Positions 33,459 through 45,216 of a stretch of DNA of 64,000 bases are shown in pieces (the stretch's first letter is position 1; every line of letters begins with the position of its first letter). The position numbers and the translations under genes are program-made. This stretch comes from Candidatus Binatia bacterium (GTDB taxonomy: Bacteria; Desulfobacterota; Binatia; UBA12015). Location of the stretch: NCBI GenBank assembly GCA_036563615.1, contig DATCMB010000010.1, positions 7,516-71,515 of the forward strand. The letters are read 5' to 3'. The notes beneath the pieces are model-generated. The model was not told the origin of the DNA, did not search any database, and worked only from the letters and a program-made list of their open reading frames with translations.

Positions 33459-36349
33459 GCGTAGCGCTCGACGGGCTGCGCCTTCTCGGTCCCGGAGGAC
33501 GGCTGGATGCGACGCGCCACCTGCTCGAGCTCGTAGACCTCGATGACGTCGCCCGGCTTGATGTCGTTGAAGCCGTCGAGGCCGATGCCGCACTCGTAGC
33601 CGGCCGCGACCTCGCGAACGTCGTCCTTGAAGCGGCGCAGGCTCGCGATCTTGCCCTCGTGGACCACGGCGTGGTCACGCAGCAGACGCGCGAGCGCGCC
33701 GCGCACGATCTTGCCGTCGATCACGCTCGAGCCCGCGATCACGCCGGCGCCGCTGATGCCGAAGGTCTGACGCACCTCGGCGCGGCCCACCGTGCGCTCG
33801 CGAACCGTCGGCTCGAGCATGCCCTCGAGCGCCTCGCGGACCTGATTGATGGCATCGTAGATGATCGTGTAGAGCCGCACGTCGACGCCTTCGCGCTCGG
33901 CGAGCTGCGCGGCCTTCGGCTCCGGACGGACGTTGAAGCCGATGATGATCGCATTCGACGCCGACGCGAGCAGGACGTCCGACTCCGTCACGCCGCCGAC
34001 CGACGCGTGGATGACGGACACCTGCACCTCGTCGTTCGACAGACGCGCGAAGGCCTCCTTGAGCGCGTCGACCGAGCCCTGCACGTCGGTCTTGAGCACG
34101 ACGCGCAGCTCCTTGACCGCGCTCTTCTCGAGCTGCTTGTAGAGGTCGTCGAGCGAAACCTTGCTCGACTTCGCCATCTCGCTCTGGCGCTGCTTGCTGC
34201 GCCGGTGCTCGGCGACCTGACGCGCGGTCGCCTCGTCGGCGACGACGACGAACGCGTCACCCGCCTCCGGCACGCCCGAGAGGCCGAGGATCTCGACCGG
34301 CGTCGACGGCCCGGCCTCCTCGACCTTGCGGCCCTGCGGATCGAGCATCGCGCGTACGCGCCCGTACTGGATGCCGACGACGAACGGATCGCCCGGCTTG
34401 AGCGTGCCCTCCTGCACGAGCACCGTCGCGACCGGGCCACGGCCGCGGTCGAGCTTGGCCTCGATGATCGAGCCGCGCGCGCGCGAGTCGCGCCGTGCCT
34501 TGAGCTCGAGCACGTCGGCCTGCAGGAGCACCATCTCGAGCAGGTGGTCGATGCCCTCGCCCGTCTTCGCCGAGACCGGCGCGAAGATCGTGTCGCCGCC
34601 CCACTCCTCGGCGACCAGACCGTGGTCGGCGAGCTGCTTCTTGACGCGCTCGGGATCGGCGTCGGGGCGGTCGATCTTGTTGATCGCGACGATGATCGGC
34701 ACCTCGGCGGCGCGCGCGTGCGCGATCGCCTCGATGGTCTGCGGCATGACGCCGTCGTCCGCGGCGACCACCAGGATGACGATGTCCGTCACCTTGGCGC
34801 CGCGCGCGCGCATGGCGGTGAACGCCGCGTGGCCGGGCGTGTCGATGAAGGTGATGCGGCGGTCCTTCGCCGTCACGGTGTAGGCGCCGATGTGCTGCGT
34901 GATGCCGCCCGCCTCGCCCTCGGCGACGTTGGTCTTGCGGATCGCGTCGAGCAACGACGTCTTGCCGTGGTCGACGTGGCCCATGACCGTGACGACCGGG
35001 TCGCGCGGCAGCTTCTCGCCCTCGCTCGCCTCGTCCTCGGGAGCCTCGAGCTCCTTGTCGGCGTCGAAGGCGACGTTCTCGACCGTGTAGTCGAACTCCG
35101 CCGCGACCAGCGTCGCGTGATCGACGTCGAGGACGTGATTGACGGTCGTCATCACGCCCATCTCCATCAGCTTCTTGATGACCTCGCTGGCCTTGAGGCC
35201 CATCGCCTTCGCGAGGTCGCCGACGGTGATCACCTCGCTGATGCGGACGAGACGCTTGCGCGCCGACGGCGTCGTGATCTCGGTGCGCTTCTGCTCCTTG
35301 CCCGGCGCCGCGCGCTTCTTGACGGGCTTGCGGCCGCCGCGCATCGCGCCCCGGTCGGCGACGCTGTACGGGTCGAACTGACCCGGCTTGCGCACGACGC
35401 GCTTGCCGCGCTTGCGCCGCGATCCGTCGTCGGCGGCCTCGCCCGGCAGCGGGGCGGCGCCCGGCGCGATCGGCGCGCCGGCAGGGCGCCGGGCCGGGGC
35501 CGGCTCGGGCTTCTTGAGGTCGATCTTGCCCAGCACCTGGACGCGGCGCATGCCGTCGTCGAGCATCGGCGCCGAGGACGGCGCGCGGCCGAGCGGACGC
35601 ACGGTCGGTGTGGTCGACGTCGACGCAGCGGCGGTGTCGCTCGACGCCACGGTCGGCGCGGCGGGCTGCGCCGTCGCGGCCGGGCGGACGATCGTGCGCT
35701 TCGGCGTCGGCTCGGGCGCGGGCGCTTCCGCTGGCGAGGGCGTCGGCGCGGCCGGCTCTGCGGCGGGTGCGGGCTCCGGCGCCGCGGCGGCAGCCGGCTC
35801 CGCAGCGGGCGCTGCTTCGGCGGCGGGTGCGGGCGCGGGGATGTCGACGATCGACTCGTCCTGCGCGGGCGCCGAGGACTCTGCCGACGGCAGCTCGGGC
35901 GCCGTGAACACGACGTCCTCGAGGCCGACGCCGGACGCGCTCGAGCTGTCGGCGGTGTCGACGTCGGGGAGGTCGAGATCCGCGCCGAAGTCGGTGAACT
36001 CCGCGGCTGGCGTGGGCGCTGGCGGCGGCGGTGGCGGCGTCTCCTCGACCACCTCGACCCGCTGCGTGCGGCGACGAATGACGTTCGGACGGACGCGCGC
36101 CTCGATGATCTGCTCACGCGCGCTGCCGTCGCCTTCCGCGACGACGCGCTCGCCGACGACCCGTTGGCTGCCGACCGTGACCGTCGGCTTGGGTCCGAGA
36201 CCCAGGCGCTCCTCGACGCGCTTGATCTCGTCGTCCGTCAGGGTGCTCTGCGAGCGCTTCCCCCGGACGCCGAGCTCGTCGAGCTTCGCGATGAGATCCT
36301 TCGTCTGGATCCCCCACTCTCGCGCCAACTCGTGGATCCGCTTCGGCAT
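33455..36349 (-). CDS. infB: Translation initiation factor IF-2
   Basis: 964 aa; G domain [12 protein letters not shown]...DTPGH...NKID; N-terminal Pro/Ala-rich linker. Confidence 0.95.
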   Translation of the reverse strand: MPKRIHELAREWGIQTKDLIAKLDELGVRGKRSQSTLTDDEIKRVEERLGLGPKPTVTVGSQRVVGERVVAEGDGSAREQIIEARVRPNVIRRRTQRVEVVEETPPPPPPAPTPAAEFTDFGADLDLPDVDTADSSSASGVGLEDVVFTAPELPSAESSAPAQDESIVDIPAPAPAAEAAPAAEPAAAAAPEPAPAAEPAAPTPSPAEAPAPEPTPKRTIVRPAATAQPAAPTVASSDTAAASTSTTPTVRPLGRAPSSAPMLDDGMRRVQVLGKIDLKKPEPAPARRPAGAPIAPGAAPLPGEAADDGSRRKRGKRVVRKPGQFDPYSVADRGAMRGGRKPVKKRAAPGKEQKRTEITTPSARKRLVRISEVITVGDLAKAMGLKASEVIKKLMEMGVMTTVNHVLDVDHATLVAAEFDYTVENVAFDADKELEAPEDEASEGEKLPRDPVVTVMGHVDHGKTSLLDAIRKTNVAEGEAGGITQHIGAYTVTAKDRRITFIDTPGHAAFTAMRARGAKVTDIVILVVAADDGVMPQTIEAIAHARAAEVPIIVAINKIDRPDADPERVKKQLADHGLVAEEWGGDTIFAPVSAKTGEGIDHLLEMVLLQADVLELKARRDSRARGSIIEAKLDRGRGPVATVLVQEGTLKPGDPFVVGIQYGRVRAMLDPQGRKVEEAGPSTPVEILGLSGVPEAGDAFVVVADEATARQVAEHRRSKQRQSEMAKSSKVSLDDLYKQLEKSAVKELRVVLKTDVQGSVDALKEAFARLSNDEVQVSVIHASVGGVTESDVLLASASNAIIIGFNVRPEPKAAQLAEREGVDVRLYTIIYDAINQVREALEGMLEPTVRERTVGRAEVRQTFGISGAGVIAGSSVIDGKIVRGALARLLRDHAVVHEGKIASLRRFKDDVREVAAGYECGIGLDGFNDIKPGDVIEVYELEQVARRIQPSSGTEKAQPVERYA

Positions 36350-36353
36350 ACTT

Positions 36354-36641
36354 TTAGGTCCTTCTCGCGTTCCCCGCCGCGAGCCCGACAGCCGCTCCGG
36401 TCGATAGGAGGTCCATTCGCGCCTGCCTGCTCACCCGTGCGCGCAACCCGCGCACGAGCGGCTTCCCTGCCTCGAAGCTGCGCGCGCACTCTTGATCGTC
36501 GTGCAGATACGTACCGCGGCCACCGCGCTCCCGCCACTCGAGGCCGCCGCGGGCGTCGAGCGCGATGCGGCGCAGAGCGCTGCGTGGCGCGCGCCGGCCG
36601 CAGCCGGCGCAGGTTCGGATCGGTACGTGTCCCCTCGTCAA
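36354..36641 (-). CDS. ylxR: YlxR family protein (DUF448)
   Basis: Small basic protein with [11 protein letters not shown], in the conserved position between nusA and infB. The start overlaps the nusA stop (ATGA). Confidence 0.8.
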   Translation of the reverse strand: MTRGHVPIRTCAGCGRRAPRSALRRIALDARGGLEWRERGGRGTYLHDDQECARSFEAGKPLVRGLRARVSRQARMDLLSTGAAVGLAAGNARRT

Positions 36642-38044
36642 GCTTCGTCCTCGCTCCGACTCTCCGCTTCGGCCGGAGCCTCGGCGAGCTCCGCGCCGGT
36701 GTCGCCGCCGTCGAGGTCCGGAATCAGCTCGCCGCCCTCGAGGGCCGCCTCGGCCTCGGCCTCGCGCGCCGCCGCCGCCTCGCGCTCGGCCTGCGCCTCG
36801 AGCTCGCGCTTCTCGGCGACGTGCTGGCGCGCCGACTCGACGATGCCGACCGCACGCTCGGGACCAATGCCCTCGACCTCGGCGATCGACTCGGGATCCG
36901 ACTCCGCGACCTCCTCGGCCGACTTGAAGCCGTGCTGCATCAGCAGCTCGGCGGTCACGTCGCTCACGCCGGGGATGGCGGTCAGCGAGGCGCGGGCGCG
37001 ACGCGCCTCCTCGTCGGCCTCCGACTCGCCGCGGACGTCGAGACGCCAGCCGGTGAGGCGCGACGCGAGCGTCACGTTCTGGCCCTTCTTGCCGATCGCG
37101 AGCGAGAGCTGATCGTCGGGGACGATCACCTCCATCGCGTGCTCTTCCTCGTCGATGATGATCTTCGACACCTTCGCCGGCGCGAGCGCGCGACAGACGA
37201 ACTCGGCGGGATCCGGCGTCCAGTGGATGATGTCGATCTTCTCGCCGCGCAGCTCCTGCACGACCGCCTGGACGCGCGTGCCGCGCATGCCGACGCAGGC
37301 GCCGACCGGGTCGACGTCGCGGTCGTGCGAGATCACCGCGATCTTGGCGCGGCCGCCGGGCTCGCGCACGGCGGCCTTCACCTCGACGATGCCCTCGTAG
37401 ATCTCGGGCACCTCCTGGCGGAAGAGCTCGATGAGCAGGTTCGGGTGCGTGCGCGACAGGATGATCTGCGGGCCCTTGGCCGTCAGGTCGACGTCGTAGA
37501 TGTAGGCGCGGATCCGGTCACCCTGACGGTAGCGCTCGCGCGGGATCTGCTCCTTCTCCGGCAGGATCGCGTCGGTGCGCCCCAGGTTGACGATGATGTT
37601 CTTCTTCTCGAAGCGCTGCACGATGCCCGAGAAGATCTCGCCCTTGCGATCCTTGAACTCGTTGTAGATCAGCTCGCGCTCGGCGTCGCGAACCTTCTGG
37701 ATGATCGCCTGCTTCGCGGCCTGCGCGGCGATGCGGCCGTCCGGACGCGGCAGCTTGGCGAGGAACTCGTCACCGATCTCGGCTTCCTCGTCGTACTCGC
37801 GGCGCGCCTGCTCGAGCGTGATCTCGCTGTCGGGCTCGTTGACGACGTCGACCACCCGCTTGATCTCGAACAGCTCGACCTCGCCGATCTCCGGGTTGTA
37901 CTTGGCTTCGATCTGGCGGGTCGGACCGTACTGCCGACGAGCGGCCTGCAGCATGGCGCCTTCGATCGCTTCGATGATGACGTCGCGATCGATCTGCTTC
38001 TCCTTGCTGACCTGCTCGATCACGCGGCTGAGCTGAACATCCAT
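36638..38044 (-). CDS. nusA: Transcription termination/antitermination factor NusA
   Basis: N-terminal domain, S1 domain, two KH domains, and a C-terminal acidic repeat. Confidence 0.95.
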   Translation of the reverse strand: MDVQLSRVIEQVSKEKQIDRDVIIEAIEGAMLQAARRQYGPTRQIEAKYNPEIGEVELFEIKRVVDVVNEPDSEITLEQARREYDEEAEIGDEFLAKLPRPDGRIAAQAAKQAIIQKVRDAERELIYNEFKDRKGEIFSGIVQRFEKKNIIVNLGRTDAILPEKEQIPRERYRQGDRIRAYIYDVDLTAKGPQIILSRTHPNLLIELFRQEVPEIYEGIVEVKAAVREPGGRAKIAVISHDRDVDPVGACVGMRGTRVQAVVQELRGEKIDIIHWTPDPAEFVCRALAPAKVSKIIIDEEEHAMEVIVPDDQLSLAIGKKGQNVTLASRLTGWRLDVRGESEADEEARRARASLTAIPGVSDVTAELLMQHGFKSAEEVAESDPESIAEVEGIGPERAVGIVESARQHVAEKRELEAQAEREAAAAREAEAEAALEGGELIPDLDGGDTGAELAEAPAEAESRSEDEA

Positions 38045-38067
38045 GGTGGCTCCCCTCCTGGGTCTCC

Positions 38068-38556
38068 TCAGGATCGCCCACCGCGCAACTCGGCATCGAA
38101 GTCGTGCTCGTAGTGCGCCCGCTCGATGGAGCGGAACGGCACCTTCACACGACCCTGCGTCTCGTCCTCGATCTCGATGCCTTCGCTCGAGGCCGAGAGC
38201 AGGCGGCCGAAGAAGTTACGCGAGCCAGCGATGGGTGTGGTCGTGCGCACGCGGATCGACTTGCCGCAGAAGCGCTCGAAGTCGACCTGCTTGCGCAGCC
38301 GGCGGTTGATACCGGGGGATGAGCACTCGAGGGTGTAGGAACCGGGGACGGCGTCGTGGGCGTCGAGCAGCGTGCTCACCTCGCGGCTGAACGAGGCGAG
38401 GTCGTCGAGGCTGATGCCGCCGGGACGGTCGAGATACACCCGCAGAACGGATCGCCGGCCCTTCGGCTGGAACTCGACGTCGACCAGGTCGAGCCCGCGC
38501 TCACACGCGATCGGCTCCACCAGATCGGCGACCTTGTCGGCGACGTTCGTGCGCAT
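38068..38556 (-). CDS. rimP: Ribosome maturation factor RimP
   Basis: 162-aa internal ATG segment of ORF 38068..40533; RimP family; first gene of the rimP-nusA-infB operon. Confidence 0.9.
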   Translation of the reverse strand: MRTNVADKVADLVEPIACERGLDLVDVEFQPKGRRSVLRVYLDRPGGISLDDLASFSREVSTLLDAHDAVPGSYTLECSSPGINRRLRKQVDFERFCGKSIRVRTTTPIAGSRNFFGRLLSASSEGIEIEDETQGRVKVPFRSIERAHYEHDFDAELRGGRS

Positions 38557-38619
38557 ACACCCTGCCCCCGGCCATCCATCTGCGACCCGCGTTCGTTCGG
38601 AAACATCTGTACCCAGAAA

Positions 38620-38650
38620 CAAAAAAAGCGGGCGGGGGCCCACTTTTTGG
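38620..38650 (-). terminator. Rho-independent terminator downstream of the fadD-like gene
   Basis: Minus-strand RNA GUGGGC-CCCC-GCCCGC followed by UUUUUUU: 6-bp GC stem, 4-nt loop, then a U7 tract. An A-run on the other side could give weak bidirectional activity. Confidence 0.7.
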
Positions 38651-38759
38651 ACGGCCGAAGGTAGGCGGTTCTGTAACACGGCCCTGATCGCGCAGCAAGC
38701 AAGCGATCCGGCGGGGAAATCGTCGCAGAGGCTCGGGCGAGCGCCGAGAGGCCCGGCGC

Positions 38760-40601
<1,842 letters not shown>

Positions 40602-40638
40602 GCTCCCTCCGTTCCCCGCGGGCGCATGCGCCGCGGTG

Positions 40639-41133
40639 TCAGTCGCCGGACGGCTTCGAGTTGCTCATCCGGTCGTGCAGCGTTTCGAGGTCGACGACCT
40701 CGTAGGTTTTGCGCCCGCTCGGCGTCTGCACGACGACCTCGTCGCCGGGGGCCTTGTTCATCAGCGCCTGGCCGATCGGCGCGCTGACCGAGATCATCCC
40801 GGCCGACGCGTCGATCTCCTCCGGAAAGACGAGCTGGTACTGCACGCGCTCGCCCGTATCGACGTCTTCGAGCGTGACCTTGCTGCCGTAGGAGATCTTG
40901 TCGCGGGGAATGCGCGCGAGGCTGTACATCGACAGCTCGCGCAGGCGCGCCTGCGTCTGGCCGATGCGCGCACGCAGGACGCCTTGACGGTGCTTCGCCG
41001 CCTCGTACTCCGCGTTCTCGCGCAGGTCGCCGTGGGCGCGCGCTTCCTCGAGGCGCGCCGGCAGGTCCTGCGAGAGCTCGCGCTGCAGCTCCGCTAGCTC
41101 ACGTTTGAGACGCTCGACGATCGGTAGCTCCAT
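40639..41133 (-). CDS. greA: Transcription elongation factor GreA
   Basis: N-terminal coiled-coil with conserved DLRENAEY, and a C-terminal FKBP-like domain. Confidence 0.95.
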   Translation of the reverse strand: MELPIVERLKRELAELQRELSQDLPARLEEARAHGDLRENAEYEAAKHRQGVLRARIGQTQARLRELSMYSLARIPRDKISYGSKVTLEDVDTGERVQYQLVFPEEIDASAGMISVSAPIGQALMNKAPGDEVVVQTPSGRKTYEVVDLETLHDRMSNSKPSGD

Positions 41134-41238
41134 CTAGTCCTTTCCCTTGCGCGTCTTGGCGTGGTTGCGCAACCGTGCTGCGTATCCCGCGCGCGAGCGG
41201 AACGCACGCGCGCGGCACGTCGACGGGTGACCGGGCGG

Positions 41239-41409
41239 TCAGTTGCGCCCGATCAGCTCGTTGGCCGCGCGGCGGTGGTGCTCGGCCGAGTACGACACCG
41301 CGGCGCGCGCCAACCACGACTCGATCTCGTCACGAAACGGAATCTGGCCCGTGAGGAACCAGTACATCGTGACGGCCCCTACCGCGACGCCAACGATAAA
41401 GCGCAACAT
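41239..41409 (-). CDS. Hypothetical small membrane protein (56 aa), below the ORF-track length cutoff
   Basis: ATG preceded by GGGGAGAGGG. Translation MLRFIVGVAVGAVTMYWFLTGQIPFRDEIESWLARAAVSYSAEHHRRAANELIGRN has an N-terminal TM helix and an amphipathic C-terminus. Same strand as greA, 105 nt upstream of it. Confidence 0.4.
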   Translation of the reverse strand: MLRFIVGVAVGAVTMYWFLTGQIPFRDEIESWLARAAVSYSAEHHRRAANELIGRN

Positions 41410-41498
41410 CGCCCTCTCCCCGCCCCGAGGACCGCGAAGAAAGGAATTGTCTTCGCTGCCCTGGTCTTGCCCCCGCTGTCGGGATTAGGCCGACAGCG

Positions 41499-42257
41499 TT
41501 GGCCATCCTAGACCTTTTGCTGACGCTTCTCTACCCACCGCGCTGCGCGGGCTGCCTGCGGGAGCTGCGCCGGACACCGCCCTGCGGCTTGTGCCGCGGC
41601 TGCGTCGCCGAGCTCGCCGGGATCGACGCCGCCTGCCGTCGCTGCGGCGAGCCGGGCGTGACGTCGCTCTGTAGCGTCTGCCGCCGCACACCGCCGCCGT
41701 TCGGACGCGCGCGGGCCTGCTTCCTCTACGTCGAGGGTGGTCTCTCGAGCGCGCTCGTCACGCGCTGGAAGTTCCACCGCGACCACGTGGCCGGCGCGAG
41801 CCTCGCCCGACTCCTCGCCGCGCACAGGCAGCGGGACGGCGAATGCTATGACGTCGTCGTGCCCGTGCCGCTGCACCGCTCGCGCCTCGCGGGTCGGGGC
41901 TTCAACCAGTCCGCGCTCCTGGCACGCGCCGCGCGCCTGCCGGGCGAGCGCCTCGGCATCGACGCGCTCGCGCGCACCGTCGCGACGCCGCACCAGCTCG
42001 CGCTCGGGCGCGGCGCGCGAACCGGCAACGTCCGCGCCGCGTTCGCGGTCCGCGATGCCGCGGCCGTGCGCGGATGCTCGGTCCTGCTCGTCGACGACGT
42101 CCTCACCACCGGCGCGACCGCCGCCGCGTGCGCGCGCGCGCTGCTCGACGCCGGCGCCGCGCGCGTCGACGTGTGGACGCTCGCGCGCACGCCGCGTCCA
42201 GCGCACTGGACGCTCGACGTCGCGTCGCGTGCCCAGATCGCGAGCGTTGCCTCATGA
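41499..42257 (+). CDS. comF: ComF family protein (double zinc-ribbon + phosphoribosyltransferase domain)
   Basis: N-terminal Cys clusters (CAGC...CGLCRGC...CRRCGE...CSVC) and a C-terminal PRTase motif VLLVDDVLTTGAT. Confidence 0.85.
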   Translation: MAILDLLLTLLYPPRCAGCLRELRRTPPCGLCRGCVAELAGIDAACRRCGEPGVTSLCSVCRRTPPPFGRARACFLYVEGGLSSALVTRWKFHRDHVAGASLARLLAAHRQRDGECYDVVVPVPLHRSRLAGRGFNQSALLARAARLPGERLGIDALARTVATPHQLALGRGARTGNVRAAFAVRDAAAVRGCSVLLVDDVLTTGATAAACARALLDAGAARVDVWTLARTPRPAHWTLDVASRAQIASVAS

Positions 42258-42844
42258 GCGGGCGCGAGGAGTGGGAGCGGCGCCACCGCGCGCGCCCCGA
42301 GCGCGGCGCGCCGTCGGAGTTCGTCGCGCGCCACGTCGCGCGGCTGGCGCATACCTCGGCGGGCGGAGCGGCGCTCGACGTCGCATGCGGCGCCGGTCGG
42401 CACAGCGCGCTGCTCGTCGAGCACGGCTTTCGCACGTTCGCGCTGGATCGATCCGTTGCCGCGTGCAAGCGCGTCGCGGCGGAGATTCCGGGCGTCGTCG
42501 CCGTCGTCGGCGACGCGCTCGCGCTGCCGTTCGCGGACGCGCGCTTCGCGGTGATCGTCGTGACGTCGTTCCTCGAGCGCGCGATCTTCCCCCGGCTGCT
42601 CGACCTGCTCGCGCCGGGCGGCCTGCTTCTTGCGGAGACCTTCCTCGTCGCGCAGCACGACGCGACGGGTCATCCGAGACGGGAATGGTGTCTGGCGCCG
42701 GGAGAGCTGGTAAAGCTGTGCACGACGAGCGGACGGCGTGTCGCCGTCGTGGACGCCCGGGAGGGACCGGTTGCAACCCCCGGCGGCACGCAACACCTCG
42801 CGTCGGTCGCGGTGGCGTCCGTAATAAATTTGCCGACGGGATGA
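42254..42844 (+). CDS. Class I SAM-dependent methyltransferase
   Basis: 196-aa segment whose ATG overlaps the comF stop (ATGA). Motif I LDVACGAGRHS. Confidence 0.75.
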   Translation: MSGREEWERRHRARPERGAPSEFVARHVARLAHTSAGGAALDVACGAGRHSALLVEHGFRTFALDRSVAACKRVAAEIPGVVAVVGDALALPFADARFAVIVVTSFLERAIFPRLLDLLAPGGLLLAETFLVAQHDATGHPRREWCLAPGELVKLCTTSGRRVAVVDAREGPVATPGGTQHLASVAVASVINLPTG

Positions 42845-42927
42845 TCCCCCTTGCCCGTCGCCACGACTCCGGATAGTCATGCGCCGTGGCTTGACGGCAT
42901 GGTTGGTTGGTGGAGGGGCGGTACAGC

Positions 42928-43533
42928 GTGGACCTGGGAATCCTGATATCCGGCCGGGGCTCCAACCTCGGTGCGATCCTGGGAGCTGTTCGTGAGCAGC
43001 GCCTCACGGCGCGCGTCCGCATCGTGATCAGCAACCGCGCCGGAGCCGGCGGACTCGACATCGCACGCGAGCACGGCGTGCCGACCGCAGTGCTGTCGCA
43101 CCGTGACTACGCCGACCGCGAGAGCTACGACGCGGCACTGGTCGAGACGCTGCGCGCACACGACGTCGACACGGTCGCGCTGGCCGGCTTCGATCGGCTC
43201 GTCACCAGCGTCTTGCTGCGCGCCTTCCCGGGCCGCGTCGTCAACATCCACCCCGCGTTGCTGCCGGCCTTCCCCGGTCTGCACGCGCAGCGCCAGGCGC
43301 TCGAGTACGGGGTGCGCATCACCGGCGTCACGGTGCACTTCGTCGACGAGCAGATGGACCACGGGCCGATCATCGCGCAGGCGGCCGTGCCGGTGTTCGA
43401 CGACGACACCGAGCAGACGCTCTCGGAGCGCATCCTGCGAGAAGAGCACCGGCTCTACCCGCTCGCGCTGCAGCGCCTCGCCAAGGGCGAGCTTCGACTG
43501 GAGGGCCGCCGTGTGATCGGAGGTCTCTCATAG
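42928..43533 (+). CDS. purN: Phosphoribosylglycinamide formyltransferase
   Basis: GTG start with a GGAGGGG Shine-Dalgarno sequence 9 nt upstream. LISGRGSNL and the catalytic HPALLPAFPG...D motifs. The ORF track start at TTG 42907 was rejected. Confidence 0.9.
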   Translation: MDLGILISGRGSNLGAILGAVREQRLTARVRIVISNRAGAGGLDIAREHGVPTAVLSHRDYADRESYDAALVETLRAHDVDTVALAGFDRLVTSVLLRAFPGRVVNIHPALLPAFPGLHAQRQALEYGVRITGVTVHFVDEQMDHGPIIAQAAVPVFDDDTEQTLSERILREEHRLYPLALQRLAKGELRLEGRRVIGGLS

Positions 43534-43589
43534 CTCCCCAGGGTCCCCAGGACGCCCGCGACCCGCGGATCGCCGAGCGGGTCGCGGCC

Positions 43590-45116
43590 GTGCGCGCGCT
43601 GCGCGAGCGCGGCCAGCTGCGCGAGGTGCTGTCGCGCTACGGGAACATCGACCAGGAGCGCGGTCCGCTGTGGAACGACGTCGAGTTCGTGCTCGAGATC
43701 GCGCGCACGTACTCGCTGGTCGGCAACGACGCGAAGGTCGAGCAGTACTTCCTGCGCTGCGCGCAGCTCAACCCGCGACGCGCGGCGCTCTACCGTTGCC
43801 AAATCGGCTGGTTCTTCCAGCGCAAGAAGCGCTGGGCGCGCGCGCTCGCCTGGTACGACCGCGCGCTCGAGACCTTCCCGAGCTACCACCTGTGCCTGTT
43901 CCGCAAGGGCTACTGCCTCGAGCGTCTGCACCGCCCGCGTCACGCGGCGGCCGCCCTCGAGGCCGCGACCGCGGCGTTCGATCGCGCGCCCGCCGACCAG
44001 CGCGAGCGCAGCCGCGGCATCCAGGTCCAGGTGCTGTTCCACCTCGCACGCAACCTGCGCGAGATCGGCGAGACCGAGCGCGCGCGTGAAGCGCTCGATC
44101 GCTGCGGCGAGCTCGACGACGCGCTGCAGGAGAAGGTGATCAAGCGCGAGCACCGCCTCGCGAGCTACGGCGAGACCTACCTGCGCGACGGCAACGCCGA
44201 GGCGGCGATCGAGAAGCTGCTCGAGGCGCGCGACATCGATCCCAACTCGGCGGTGATCTGGGAGCGTCTCGGACGCGCCTACCAGCAGGCCGGCCGCTTC
44301 GAGGAGGCCGAGCAGGCGCTCGTGCGCGCGACGCAGCTCCCGAAGGGCGCCGTCGCGCTGATCGCGCTCGCCCGGTTGCAGATGGCGACGAAACGCTGGC
44401 TCGACGCCGCGCGCTCGCTGGTCGACGCGCTCCGTCTGCACCCGCAGGGCGAGGTGCAGATCCGGATGGAGCTCGCCGAGCTGCAGCTCGCGCTCGGCCG
44501 CACGCGCAGCGCCCTCGCCGACCTCGAGCGGCTCGCGGGCGGACGCGTGCCGCCGTTCTCGACGCTCGCCGTCGCGGTCGAGTCGCGGATCGCGAGCATC
44601 CTGCTCGAGCACGGCATGCGCACCCGCGCGCTCGAGCACCTGCGGGCGGCTCTCGAAGCCGACCCCGACCGCGCCGAGATCCGTGCCCGCGTCGAGCAGC
44701 TCGAGAGCGCGATCGCCGCCGGCGCGAAGGACGAGCCGCGGCCGCTGGTCGACGCGGAGCTCGATCCCGCGCTCGCCTCGCTGCTCGGCGACGGACGCGA
44801 GCAGCGCCGTCCGGGCCAGGTGGTGAGCTACTTCCCCGAGCGCGGCTACGGCTTCATCGGCTACGGCGAGGGCAAGACCGTGTTCTTCCACGTCAGCCAG
44901 TGCGAGGCGGGCTCGAGCGAGGGGATCGGTCCCGGCGCTGCGGTATCGTTCGTGCTCGGCGTCAATCACCGAAGCGGCAAGGAGCAGGCGGAGCGCATCC
45001 GCCTCGAGCCCGACGCGCGCAGGGTCGCCGACGCCCCGAGCGAGCACGCGGCCGACATCCCGGTGCCTTCGCCGATGTGGCCGACGCTGCGCTCGCCGCG
45101 GCAACGCACGCTGTAG
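43590..45116 (+). CDS. TPR-repeat protein with C-terminal cold-shock (CSD) nucleic-acid-binding domain
   Basis: About 400 aa of TPR-like repeats followed by GQVVSYFPERGYGFIGYGEGKTVFFHVSQ...VSFVLG, which matches the CspA-type OB fold (RNP1-like GYGFI). GTG start. Confidence 0.7.
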   Translation: MRALRERGQLREVLSRYGNIDQERGPLWNDVEFVLEIARTYSLVGNDAKVEQYFLRCAQLNPRRAALYRCQIGWFFQRKKRWARALAWYDRALETFPSYHLCLFRKGYCLERLHRPRHAAAALEAATAAFDRAPADQRERSRGIQVQVLFHLARNLREIGETERAREALDRCGELDDALQEKVIKREHRLASYGETYLRDGNAEAAIEKLLEARDIDPNSAVIWERLGRAYQQAGRFEEAEQALVRATQLPKGAVALIALARLQMATKRWLDAARSLVDALRLHPQGEVQIRMELAELQLALGRTRSALADLERLAGGRVPPFSTLAVAVESRIASILLEHGMRTRALEHLRAALEADPDRAEIRARVEQLESAIAAGAKDEPRPLVDAELDPALASLLGDGREQRRPGQVVSYFPERGYGFIGYGEGKTVFFHVSQCEAGSSEGIGPGAAVSFVLGVNHRSGKEQAERIRLEPDARRVADAPSEHAADIPVPSPMWPTLRSPRQRTL

Positions 45117-45216
45117 GCCGAGTCGACGCATACGCGCCCGCGCGGGCCGTGACTCAATGGCAGATGAGCGCCCGCGAGCTCGTCGCGAGCCGTGACGAGA
45201 GAAGCGCGACCGCGCG

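Noticed and set aside
33659-38113. 1484-aa plus-strand ORF, plus 35230..36117 (-), 35388..36407 (+) and others over infB/nusA
   Set aside because: Antisense or alternative-frame ORFs over strongly conserved infB, ylxR and nusA genes. Their translations are Arg/Ala/Gly-rich nonsense typical of GC-rich off-frames.
41243-41488. 81-aa plus-strand ORF in the greA-comF intergenic region
   Set aside because: No Shine-Dalgarno sequence and a low-complexity Arg/Pro/Ser translation. It is antisense to a better-supported 56-aa membrane ORF with a strong RBS.
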